NCBI GenBank assembly: GCA_035542115.1
Contig: DATKMC010000028.1
Location: 2,251-66,250, forward strand
Direction: 5' to 3'
Length of the DNA: 64,000 nt
From: Methanomicrobiales archaeon
Lineage (GTDB): Archaea > Halobacteriota > Methanomicrobia > Methanomicrobiales > JACTUA01
Shown in pieces: positions 26,931 to 35,336 of this stretch; positions within the stretch are counted from its first letter, which is position 1; every line of letters starts with the position of its first letter. The notes under the pieces are model-generated. The model did not search any database. It was not told the DNA's origin and saw only the letters and a list, made by a program, of their open reading frames with translations. The translations under genes and the position numbers were made by a program.

Positions 26931-28586
26931 GTGCCCATCATAAAACTCAACTACCAGTACCTGGAGGAGCTCGTCGGGGCTGACCGCGAGAGCATCCTCG
27001 GGAGGCTCCCCATGATCGGCTGCGAGATCGAGCGGCTGGAGGAGGACCATATGGACGCGGAGTTCTTCCCGGACAGGCCTGACCTCTTCTCCACCGAGGG
27101 GGTCGCCCACGCCCTCCGGGGCTTCCTCGCCCTCGAGACAGGCCTCCGCGAGTACCCGGTCACCCCCTCGGGGATGTCCTTCTCCGTGGACCCGGGCCTC
27201 GCCACCATCCGCCCCTACCTCGGCACGGCGGTGATCCGTGGGCTCGACCTCAAGGAGGCGGCCATTGAGAGCCTCATGGGGCTCCAGGAGGCGCTCCACT
27301 GGGCCGTCGGGAGAGGACGGGGGAAGGTGGCCATCGGGGTCCATGACCTGGACCGGGTCACCCCTCCCTTCCGGTACCTCGCTTCGGAGCGGTCCCGCTC
27401 CTTCGTGCCCCTCGACCATGGCCGGCCCATGACCATGGAGGAGATCCTCACCGAGCACCCGAAGGGCCGGGACTACGCCCACCTCGTCCGGGACTTCCCG
27501 AAATTCCCCCTTATCGTCGATTCGAAGGACCGGGTCCTCTCCTTCCCGCCCATCATCAACGGGGAGCTCACCCGGGTAACGGGGGAGACGAGGAACATCC
27601 TGCTCGATACCACCGGGACCGACCGGAAGGCTGTGATGACCGCCGTCCGGATCCTCTGCACCGCCATGGCCGAGACCGGCGCCCGGATCGAGAGCGTCTC
27701 CATCGACGGGACCCCCTGCCCGGACCTCTCGCCCGCCGGGCGGGTTGTTTCTGTCTCCGCCTGCACAAGGCTGATCGGTCTTCCCCTCACGCCCGCGGCC
27801 ATGGCAGAACTCCTGCAGAAGATGCGGTTCGGGGCGATGCCCCTCGACGGCGACCGGGTCAGGGTGAAGGTGCCCTGCTACCGTGCGGATATCATGCACG
27901 ACTGGGACATCTACGAGGATGTGGCCATCGCCTACGGGTACGACCGGATCACCCCGGCCCTCCCCCGGGTCTTCACCATCGGGGCGAAGCACCCGGTCAC
28001 GGCCCTCGGGGAGGCGGTCCGGGCTATCTTCACGGGGATGGGCTACCTCGAGGTCATTCCCTTCACTCTTACGAACGAGCGGGTGCTCTTCAGTAACATG
28101 CAGAGGCCCCCCCGGCCGACGGCCCTTCACGTGAAGTACCCTATCAGCGAGGAGCACACGGTCATCCGGACGGACATCCTCCCCCTCCTCCTCGAGACCC
28201 TCCAGGGGAACCGGCACCGGGAGATCCCCCAGCGGATCTTTGCCGTAGGCGACGTCGTGGAGGGAAAGGAGACTTTCCAGAAGGTGGCGGCGGTCTCCCT
28301 CCACCCCGGGGCCGACTTCACCGAGGCCTACGCCTCGACCGAAGCCCTCGCCCGGGAACTCGGCCTCCCGGTCACCGTTTCGGAATCGGCGGACCCCGCC
28401 TTCATCGAGGGGCGCCGGGGGGACCTCCTCGTGGACGGGACGGGACGGGGCTCCTTCGGGGAGATCCACCCGGCGGTCCTCACCGCGTTTACGCTGGAGC
28501 ACCCCGTCGCCGGCCTCGAGCTGGACCTCAGAGCCGTACCGGGACCCCGCGGGCCGCGAGGTACTCCTTCACCTGCCGGACAGTGA
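26931..28586 (+). CDS. pheT: Phenylalanine--tRNA ligase beta subunit (archaeal type)
   Basis: 551 aa. The [15 protein letters not shown]-terminus and B3/4 and B5-like regions are typical of archaeal PheT. GTG start. Confidence 0.9.
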   Translation: MPIIKLNYQYLEELVGADRESILGRLPMIGCEIERLEEDHMDAEFFPDRPDLFSTEGVAHALRGFLALETGLREYPVTPSGMSFSVDPGLATIRPYLGTAVIRGLDLKEAAIESLMGLQEALHWAVGRGRGKVAIGVHDLDRVTPPFRYLASERSRSFVPLDHGRPMTMEEILTEHPKGRDYAHLVRDFPKFPLIVDSKDRVLSFPPIINGELTRVTGETRNILLDTTGTDRKAVMTAVRILCTAMAETGARIESVSIDGTPCPDLSPAGRVVSVSACTRLIGLPLTPAAMAELLQKMRFGAMPLDGDRVRVKVPCYRADIMHDWDIYEDVAIAYGYDRITPALPRVFTIGAKHPVTALGEAVRAIFTGMGYLEVIPFTLTNERVLFSNMQRPPRPTALHVKYPISEEHTVIRTDILPLLLETLQGNRHREIPQRIFAVGDVVEGKETFQKVAAVSLHPGADFTEAYASTEALARELGLPVTVSESADPAFIEGRRGDLLVDGTGRGSFGEIHPAVLTAFTLEHPVAGLELDLRAVPGPRGPRGTPSPAGQ

Positions 28587-29334
28587 ACTCCCCGTAGTGG
28601 AACACCGAGGCGGCGAGGCAGGCGTCGGCCTTCCCCTCGGTGAAGCCCTCATAGAAGTGCTCAAGGGTCCCGACCCCGCCGCTTGCGACAACGGGGATCC
28701 CCACCGCCTCCGAGATGGCCCGGGTGACCGGGATGTCGAACCCAGCCTTCGTCCCGTCGGTCTCCATGGAGGTGAGGAGGATCTCCCCCGCACCCCGCTG
28801 CTCGACCTCCCTTGCCCACCGGAGGGCATCTATCCCTGTCGGGTGGCTCCCACCATAGGTCACCACCTCGTACCAGCAGGTCTTCCCCCAGGGAAGGGGG
28901 ACCGGGATCCGGCCCTGCTGGTCATCGGTCCGGCGCCGGACGTCCACGGCAACCACGATGCACTGGGTGCCGAACCGGGCGGCCGCCCGGTTCACGAGGG
29001 CCGGGTCCTTCACCGCGCTCGTGTTGATGGAGACCTTGTCGGCCCCTGCCCGGAGGATCTGGTGGATGTCCTCCAGGCTCCGGATCCCCCCGCCCACGGT
29101 GAGGGGGAGGAAGAGCTCGTCGGCGGCCCGCCGGATGACCTCGAGGATGATGCCCCGGTTCTCCCGGGAGGCGGTGATGTCGAGGAAGACCACCTCGTCG
29201 GCGCCCTGCTCGTTGTACCGGCCCGCGAGGGCGACGGGGTCCCCCGCGTCCCTCAGGTCGATGAAGTGGCAGCCCTTCACGACCCTGCCGTCCTTCAGGT
29301 CCAGGCACGGGATGATACGCTTCGTGAGCACCAT
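28528..29334 (-). CDS. hisF: Imidazole glycerol phosphate synthase cyclase subunit
   Basis: [34 protein letters not shown] and ASGGVG motifs. Start set at the internal ATG 29334. Its 3' end overlaps pheT by 59 nt (convergent). Confidence 0.9.
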   Translation of the reverse strand: MVLTKRIIPCLDLKDGRVVKGCHFIDLRDAGDPVALAGRYNEQGADEVVFLDITASRENRGIILEVIRRAADELFLPLTVGGGIRSLEDIHQILRAGADKVSINTSAVKDPALVNRAAARFGTQCIVVAVDVRRRTDDQQGRIPVPLPWGKTCWYEVVTYGGSHPTGIDALRWAREVEQRGAGEILLTSMETDGTKAGFDIPVTRAISEAVGIPVVASGGVGTLEHFYEGFTEGKADACLAASVFHYGEFTVRQVKEYLAARGVPVRL

Positions 29335-29428
29335 GGAGGAGAATGGGTTTCGTCCCGTATATAGGATATTCCCGGGGGGCCGGGTGAGTTCAAGTAGGAT
29401 GAATGGCAACCCTTACGCTGGTGAGAGG

Positions 29429-30238
29429 ATGGACAGGACACTCACGGCCGTGCTCGCGGTTCTCGTCATGGCGATGGTGATCTTCCTCGCGGTCTTCTCC
29501 CTGACCGTCTACATGGGGATCCGCTACCGGGACACCCTCGCGGGCACCTATGACTACCGGGTGAGCATCGCGAACGATGCGGCCCTCGGGAACGTGACCC
29601 TCTACCTCCCGATCCCGGGGAGGCTCAAGGGGAACTCGGCGGTCCTCGAGGAGATCGGGGGGGGCGGCCTCGCGGGCCTGCCTGCGGGCTGGAAGACCGC
29701 TCTCATCGGGACCGAGAAGGTCACCCTCCTCGAGGTGACCGCCCCGGAGGTCCCGGCGACCCCTGCAGGGAGGCCGTACCAGCTCTCCATCACGACCCGG
29801 GTGAGGGATCCCGTCGGGACTGGGTCCGATAATTTCAATGACCTGGTGCTGGCCCCGCTGGCCGGGAAGACCCCTGCTGCATGCACGGGGATCCCGGCCG
29901 GGCAGGTCTCCGGGAACGTGCGGTGCGCGGCCTACCGGGGATCTGCGTACGCAGACTACACCGGTCCCCGGGATGCCCGCCTCCAGATCTCCCTCTCAGT
30001 CACCGGAAAGAATGCATGGGATGTCATCGTCCCCTCGGGGAACGAGTACCGGGACGGGTTCCAGGTCTCCTTCTCGGGTGACGAGCGGGGCTGGAAGGAG
30101 GGCGACGGCCTCCTCGCCACCGGCATCGGTGATTACGGGATGGGGTTCTGGATCGACTGGCTCGGTACCTACTCCCCGAAGGAAGTTCCTGTCCGGCAGG
30201 TTCGGGTGACCCCGGCGGCAGGGGGCCGGCCCGCGTGA
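29429..30238 (+). CDS. Hypothetical N-terminally membrane-anchored extracytoplasmic protein
   Basis: 269 aa with one N-terminal TM helix ([21 protein letters not shown]) and high GC3. Its stop overlaps the ahcY start (GTGA at 30235-30238). No family recognised. Confidence 0.5.
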   Translation: MDRTLTAVLAVLVMAMVIFLAVFSLTVYMGIRYRDTLAGTYDYRVSIANDAALGNVTLYLPIPGRLKGNSAVLEEIGGGGLAGLPAGWKTALIGTEKVTLLEVTAPEVPATPAGRPYQLSITTRVRDPVGTGSDNFNDLVLAPLAGKTPAACTGIPAGQVSGNVRCAAYRGSAYADYTGPRDARLQISLSVTGKNAWDVIVPSGNEYRDGFQVSFSGDERGWKEGDGLLATGIGDYGMGFWIDWLGTYSPKEVPVRQVRVTPAAGGRPA

Positions 30239-31467
30239 GCATGAGCACGGGCAGGCTCAAGATCGAGTGGGCCCGGCAGTACATGCCGGTCCTCGGCTCC
30301 ATACGGAAGGAGTTCGAGGCGTCCCGGCCCCTCGCAAACCTCGCCGTGGGCATGGCCCTCCATGTCGAGGCAAAGACCGCAGTCCTCGTGGAGGCCCTGG
30401 CCGCGGCGGGGGCGGAGGTCCATATCACGGGGTGCAACCCCCTCTCCACCCAGGACGACGTGGCGGCGGCCTTAAACGAGGTCCCCCATGTCCAGTGCTA
30501 TGCGAAGCGGGGGGCGACGGCGGAGGAGTACTACGCGGGCATCGACCGGGTCCTCGACGCCAGGCCCGCCATTACCATCGATGACGGTATGGACCTCATC
30601 CACGCCATCCACACGAAGCGGCGCGACCTCATCCCCGGGATCATCGGCGGGTGCGAGGAGACCACGACCGGTGTCCACCGGCTCCGGGCCATGGCCGCCG
30701 GGGGTGCCCTCGCCTTCCCCATCCTCGCCGTGAACGACACCCCCATGAAGCGGCAGTTCGACAATGTCCACGGGACCGGCGAGAGCGCCCTTGCCGCCAT
30801 CATGATCACGACGAACCTCCTCATGGCAGGTAAGAAGGTTGTCATCGCGGGTTACGGGTTCTGCGGGAAGGGCCTTGCCCGGAAGGCCTCGGGCCTCGGG
30901 GCCCGGGTCATCGTTACCGAGGTGGACCCCCGGGTCGCCCTCCAGGCCCACATGGACGGCTACCAGGTGATGACCATGGACGAGGCCGCCCGGGTCGGGG
31001 AGCTCTTCATCACCACGACGGGGAATATAGGGGTCATCACCGAACGGCACTTCGCGGTCATGAGGGACGGGGCGGTCCTCGCGAACGCGGGGCACTTCAA
31101 CGTCGAGATCGACCGGCGGTGGCTCGAGGAGCACGCGGAAGGGGTGGTCCGGAGGGACGGCATCGACACGTACCGGTTCGGCGGGCGATCCCTCCACCTC
31201 CTCGCCGAGGGAAGGCTCGTGAACCTCGCGACCCCGAAGGGGATGGGGCACCCCGTCGAGGTCATGGACCTCTCCTTCGCCCTCCAGGCCCTCTGCACCT
31301 GGTATATCGCCCTGCACGGGAGGCGCCTCCCCCCCGGCGTCCACGAGGTGCCGGGGGAGATAGACGTGGCGGTGGCCCTCCGGAAGCTCGCCACCCTGGG
31401 CCTCTCCATCGACCGGCTTACCGAAGAGCAGTCGGCATACCTGCAGAGCTGGAGCCAGGGGACCTGA
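30235..31467 (+). CDS. ahcY: Adenosylhomocysteinase (archaeal short form)
   Basis: [26 protein letters not shown] and GYGFCGKG motifs. 410 aa. Confidence 0.9.
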   Translation: MSMSTGRLKIEWARQYMPVLGSIRKEFEASRPLANLAVGMALHVEAKTAVLVEALAAAGAEVHITGCNPLSTQDDVAAALNEVPHVQCYAKRGATAEEYYAGIDRVLDARPAITIDDGMDLIHAIHTKRRDLIPGIIGGCEETTTGVHRLRAMAAGGALAFPILAVNDTPMKRQFDNVHGTGESALAAIMITTNLLMAGKKVVIAGYGFCGKGLARKASGLGARVIVTEVDPRVALQAHMDGYQVMTMDEAARVGELFITTTGNIGVITERHFAVMRDGAVLANAGHFNVEIDRRWLEEHAEGVVRRDGIDTYRFGGRSLHLLAEGRLVNLATPKGMGHPVEVMDLSFALQALCTWYIALHGRRLPPGVHEVPGEIDVAVALRKLATLGLSIDRLTEEQSAYLQSWSQGT

Positions 31468-32338
31468 GGGTTCCCCGGCTGAGTTGCTCCCTCGCGCAGA
31501 AGAGGTACTCCTGGGCGTATCCCGCGTATTCACCGAAGTACTCCCGGCCGAACTCCCGTATCCGCCGGTCCTCCCTCTCCGACGGCACCTTCGATCCCGG
31601 CAGGGGATCGAGGTAGTGGGCGTACATGATCCTCCGGATCCAGACGTCCACGGGAAAGGCCTCCAGACGGTGGAACCCGAAGAGGAGGATGCAGTCCGCT
31701 GCCTTCGGGCCGACACCGGGGAAGCCGAGGAGGGCGGCCCGCGCCTCGGGGAACGGGAGCCCTGCGATCCGCTTCAGGATGCCGGGGTCGGCCGCGACCC
31801 TCGCCGCGGTTCCGGCGATGTACCGGTCCCGGTACCCGAGCCGGCAGGTACCCAGGTGATGACAGCCGGGTCCGGTGAGGGCCTCCGGCCCGGGGAGGCT
31901 GAAACGGGGTTCAACCGCGCCCGGGACCCACCTGCCGAAGCACCGTGCGAGGGAGGCGATCATCCTCCGGATCCGGGGGATATTCGTGTTCGTCGCGCAG
32001 ATGAAGGAGATAAGGATCTCCCACGGGTCCTGCCTGAGGATCCGGAGCCCCCGGCAGGCCGCGATGGACCGGTGGACGACCGGGTCCCGGTCCACGGACG
32101 AGAGGATTCCGGGGAGATCCTCGTCCAGCGCGAGGTACCATCGGACCGCTCCCGCGGCGGGCCCGTCACAGACGACCCGGTCGCCGTCCTGCCGCAGCCG
32201 CCAGAGCCGTCCCCCGACCACCCCCTCCCACCACCCGTCCCGCTCCTCCCACCGGAAGGCCTGCCCGCAGGTGAGGGTGAGGGCGAGGTTGAGGGGCTGG
32301 TCGTCGCGGAGCCGGAGGGTCCCCATGCCCGGAAGCAT
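31418..32338 (-). CDS. ogg: 8-oxoguanine DNA glycosylase/AP lyase, OGG1-like (HhH-GPD)
   Basis: CGQAFRW N-domain motif. HhH-GPD region GFPGVGPKAADCILLFG and PVDVWI. Start set at ATG 32338. Its 3' end overlaps ahcY by 50 nt (convergent). Confidence 0.8.
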   Translation of the reverse strand: MLPGMGTLRLRDDQPLNLALTLTCGQAFRWEERDGWWEGVVGGRLWRLRQDGDRVVCDGPAAGAVRWYLALDEDLPGILSSVDRDPVVHRSIAACRGLRILRQDPWEILISFICATNTNIPRIRRMIASLARCFGRWVPGAVEPRFSLPGPEALTGPGCHHLGTCRLGYRDRYIAGTAARVAADPGILKRIAGLPFPEARAALLGFPGVGPKAADCILLFGFHRLEAFPVDVWIRRIMYAHYLDPLPGSKVPSEREDRRIREFGREYFGEYAGYAQEYLFCAREQLSRGTLRSPGSSSAGMPTALR

Positions 32339-32355
32339 GGTCGCTCCCGAATGAT

Positions 32356-32395
32356 CATGGTTACGGAGGGTGGCAGCGGCCAGTCCGTAACCATG
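32356..32395. repeat. Perfect 12-bp inverted repeat with 16-nt spacer
   Basis: CATGGTTACGGA (32356-32367) and TCCGTAACCATG (32384-32395) are exact reverse complements. A T-arm-like hairpin GAGGG-TTCGAAA-CCCTC follows at 32412-32428. Confidence 0.8.
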
Positions 32396-32464
32396 TCCAC
32401 GGGTTCCGGAAGAGGGTTCGAAACCCTCATGGGTTCCGCACCCCCACCACTCCTCCGGCAGGGC

Positions 32465-33067
32465 ATGACCGAGATCGAGGAGCACTACCGGACCGAGAAC
32501 GGCTTCATCCTCATCGAGATGAGGCTCCGGACCGTCATGCAGATCTTCAACTCTCTCGATCCCTCCCCCTTCCACGAGAAGGACCTGGACCCGGATGCAG
32601 AGGAGTACATCACCGGGATCGTCCAGGACTTCGCCCTCTCGCAGCCCATGAAGATCCTCATCCACCTCCCCTGCCGGGAATCAGAGTGCGAGGAGGCGAG
32701 GACACTGGAGCCCGCCATCCAGCACCACTTCAGCTACCTCGAGGCCTCGGCGGCCCGGGAGATCAGGCTCAAGTTACGGCAGGCGAGGGTGAGCCTCGCC
32801 ATCGGCATCGGGTTCCTCCTCGTCATGGGGGTCATCTCCACCCTCATCTCCCCCTACACCCAGCACGGGTTCGCCGCGTGGGTTGCCGGTGGACTCCTCA
32901 TCGTGAGCTGGGTCGCCATGTGGGAGCCCATCAACATCTTCCTCTACGGGTGGTGGCCCATCCGGAGGAAGCAGCGGATCTACGGGAAGATCAGCCGGAT
33001 GCCTGTGGAGGTCAGGCACGACGAGGATGGGGAGACTCAGGTCCCCGCCCGTTCACAAAAAGACTAG
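32465..33067 (+). CDS. Hypothetical protein: ~110-aa soluble N-domain + 2 TM helices
   Basis: GC3 rises sharply after ATG 32465; the upstream in-frame ATGs lie in a lower-GC3 stretch with rare codons. Two hydrophobic helices (LAIGIGFLLVMGVISTLI, AAWVAGGLLIVSWVAMW). No family recognised. Confidence 0.5.
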   Translation: MTEIEEHYRTENGFILIEMRLRTVMQIFNSLDPSPFHEKDLDPDAEEYITGIVQDFALSQPMKILIHLPCRESECEEARTLEPAIQHHFSYLEASAAREIRLKLRQARVSLAIGIGFLLVMGVISTLISPYTQHGFAAWVAGGLLIVSWVAMWEPINIFLYGWWPIRRKQRIYGKISRMPVEVRHDEDGETQVPARSQKD

Positions 33068-33233
33068 GATGGAGGAGTGAAGGGCTGATCCTCTCCTGAT
33101 AATATGGATGCTCCCCGGGCCCCTTCGAGGAGCCCATGACAAAACCGAATTACCAGAATGGAACCTAGTTTTGAATCCCTGATCATAGTTCTCGGCTGTC
33201 CAAGAAAAAATAGAAGGAGGAAGGGATGCCGCC

Positions 33234-34133
33234 TCACTCTGATCCCGAGTACAGGCAGGACTGGACATCGTGGCCGAGCCGGCCGATGGCGTCGGCACGG
33301 CACCGCTGGCAGTGGCGCATCTGCCGGAGGTACTTCGCGCACTCGTCCTGCATCTTCCGCTTCTCGGAAGGCGTCGGGGGCTTCACCTCTGCGAACTTGT
33401 ACTGGGGGATGAGGGGGATGACGTTGAAGGTATACACCCCGAGCTCGGAGGCCTTCTTCGCGATGTCCGGGATCTCCGTGTCGTTCACGCCGGGGATATA
33501 GACGGTGTTCACCTTCACGATCATGTGCCGCTTCACCGCCTGCCTGATGCCCTCCAGCTGGTTCTCGAGGAGGATCCTCGCCCCCTCCTCGCCATGGAGC
33601 CGCCTCCCCTCCCAGGTGACCCAGGAGTAGACCTGCGCCCCGGTGGCCGGGGTGAGGGCGTTCCAGGTGACGGTGATGTTCCCCACGTCATACTGCTCGA
33701 GGAGGTCGATTTTCGCCGGGAGGAGGAGCCCGTTCGAACTGATGCACTTGATCAGGTTCGGGAACTCGGCCTTCGCGAGACGCAGGGTCTCGAAGGTCTC
33801 GTCGTTGTACAGGGGTTCGCCGGGGCCCGCGATCCCGAGGACCTTGATGTACGTGAACTTCTCGAGGGCCTTTTTCACCATCTCGATGGCCTCGGTGGGG
33901 GAGAGGACCCGGGTGGTGACCCCCGGCCGGGACTCGTTCACGCAGTCGAAATCCCGGATGCAGTAGTTGCACTGGATGTTGCACTTCGGGGCAACGGGAA
34001 GGTGCATCCGGCCGAAGGCATGGCAGGCCTTCTCGGAGAAGCAGGGGTGGTCCCTGATCCGGCGGAGCTGGGCCGGGTCCCAGGGGACCTCCCTCCCCTG
34101 GACGGTGGCCGTCGGGAGCATGTCCTCGGTCAT
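33234..34133 (-). CDS. nifB: Radical SAM protein, minimal NifB-like
   Basis: HPCFSEKACHAFGRMHLPVAPKCNIQCNYC matches the NifB radical-SAM signature. The 299-aa length is like the stand-alone archaeal NifB core. Confidence 0.75.
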   Translation of the reverse strand: MTEDMLPTATVQGREVPWDPAQLRRIRDHPCFSEKACHAFGRMHLPVAPKCNIQCNYCIRDFDCVNESRPGVTTRVLSPTEAIEMVKKALEKFTYIKVLGIAGPGEPLYNDETFETLRLAKAEFPNLIKCISSNGLLLPAKIDLLEQYDVGNITVTWNALTPATGAQVYSWVTWEGRRLHGEEGARILLENQLEGIRQAVKRHMIVKVNTVYIPGVNDTEIPDIAKKASELGVYTFNVIPLIPQYKFAEVKPPTPSEKRKMQDECAKYLRQMRHCQRCRADAIGRLGHDVQSCLYSGSE

Positions 34134-34274
34134 GGTACTACCGGATTATGATGAACTGATCCTATATCAATTGGGGGGGAGCTGAGACAGGAGACCGGGC
34201 CCTCTGCACACACGATGTTCCGGCAAGGCATCCCGGTGCCTTCGTCCCCGAGAGGGATCGGGGGGGTCATGTCC

Positions 34275-34952
34275 CTATTTCTTCTCTTTGATGACCCCTG
34301 CCTGCACCCACCAGTCGTACTCATGGGCCCACCGGTCCCGGTTGGCCTGCACGAGCTGGCAGAAGTAATCCTGGCGTGCCCGGAGGTTTGCCTCCTGGTC
34401 CGGGTAGGAGCGCTTCGTCCGGATGGCGCCGGCGAGGTCCCTCCCCAATTCGTACGCCTTCTTCTCGGCCGGGAGGATGGCGTCAGGGTTCCCCTTCAAG
34501 GCTACACCCGCACCGCCGACGACCTGGGCGCCAAAGGAGGTGAGGACCCGGTTCATGTACCCCACCACCTCCATCTCGTTCGATCCGCCCGCAGTGCAGA
34601 CCGAGCACCCGTACTTCCCCGAGAGCATCTGGCAGTGGATGACATCCGCCATCCGGTCGAAGAGGACCTTCAACTGGGCCGTGACCGAGTCGATGTAGTT
34701 CGGGGATCCGAGAACGATGCCGTCTGCATCCAGGATTTTCCCGAAGATCTCCTCGTAGTCGTCCGGGTGGATGCACTCACCCTTTGCATAGCAGGTCCCG
34801 CAGGCGGTGCAGAACTCCAGGTTATAGTCGCAGATATCGACAAGCTCGGTCTTCGCCCCCTCCACCTCGGCCCCGTCCAGGACCGCGACGACCAGGCGCA
34901 GCGTCTGGCTCTCCTTCCCCCTGGGGCTTGCATTGATGCCGAGAATCTTCAT
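34275..34952 (-). CDS. Iron-sulfur flavoprotein / NADPH-dependent FMN reductase family
   Basis: MKILGINASPRG N-terminus. Compact Cys cluster CDYNLEFCTACGTCYAKGEC. LGSPNY flavodoxin-like motif. Start set at the internal ATG 34952. Confidence 0.8.
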   Translation of the reverse strand: MKILGINASPRGKESQTLRLVVAVLDGAEVEGAKTELVDICDYNLEFCTACGTCYAKGECIHPDDYEEIFGKILDADGIVLGSPNYIDSVTAQLKVLFDRMADVIHCQMLSGKYGCSVCTAGGSNEMEVVGYMNRVLTSFGAQVVGGAGVALKGNPDAILPAEKKAYELGRDLAGAIRTKRSYPDQEANLRARQDYFCQLVQANRDRWAHEYDWWVQAGVIKEKK

Positions 34953-35317
34953 GATGATACGACCTCCAAAAGAGGAGTCGGGGGGTGGAGGTATTAAGAT
35001 GTTGGGAGATCCCGACCCATGTGCCCGGCTGGAGCGGAGGGCAGGTCGATATCGTGGGGTTTCATCTGGTGAATATTGGTGGGGGGATGAACTGCTCCGC
35101 ACCGCCACGATAACCATCGATATGGCGTCAGTGGCCGGTGGGGAACCCGTCACCATGACCCACCGTCAGATCGCATGGAAGATAGCTTACGGCTCGATGC
35201 ACTCGGGTTCACCCTGAAGAACATCGATGGAAACGTGGACCTGGAAGATGATACGTGACTGTATTCGGGGGGGTGGCTCCAGGCTGGTATCCTTCCTTCA
35301 TGGGGGCCGGGCGCTTA

Positions 35318-35331
35318 GCCTGGAAAAAAAG
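35318..35331 (-). terminator. Oligo-T terminator after the vWA surface protein gene
   Basis: A7 on the + strand (35324-35330), i.e. T7 on the coding strand, 7-13 nt after the stop. Confidence 0.5.
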
Positions 35332-35336
35332 AGGGA

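Noticed and set aside
32412-32436. Possible tRNA gene suggested by a perfect T-arm-like GAGGG-TTCGAAA-CCCTC.
   Set aside because: The 7 nt after the arm (ATGGGTT) have no complementary AACCCAT-like acceptor strand at the expected ~70 nt upstream. No D-arm or anticodon arm could be folded. Kept only as a structural oddity.
34933-35217. 94-aa ORF in the gap between the flavoprotein and the vWA gene.
   Set aside because: Low GC3 with many rare A/T-ending codons relative to neighbouring genes. No SD, no recognisable motif, and it overlaps the flavoprotein start region.
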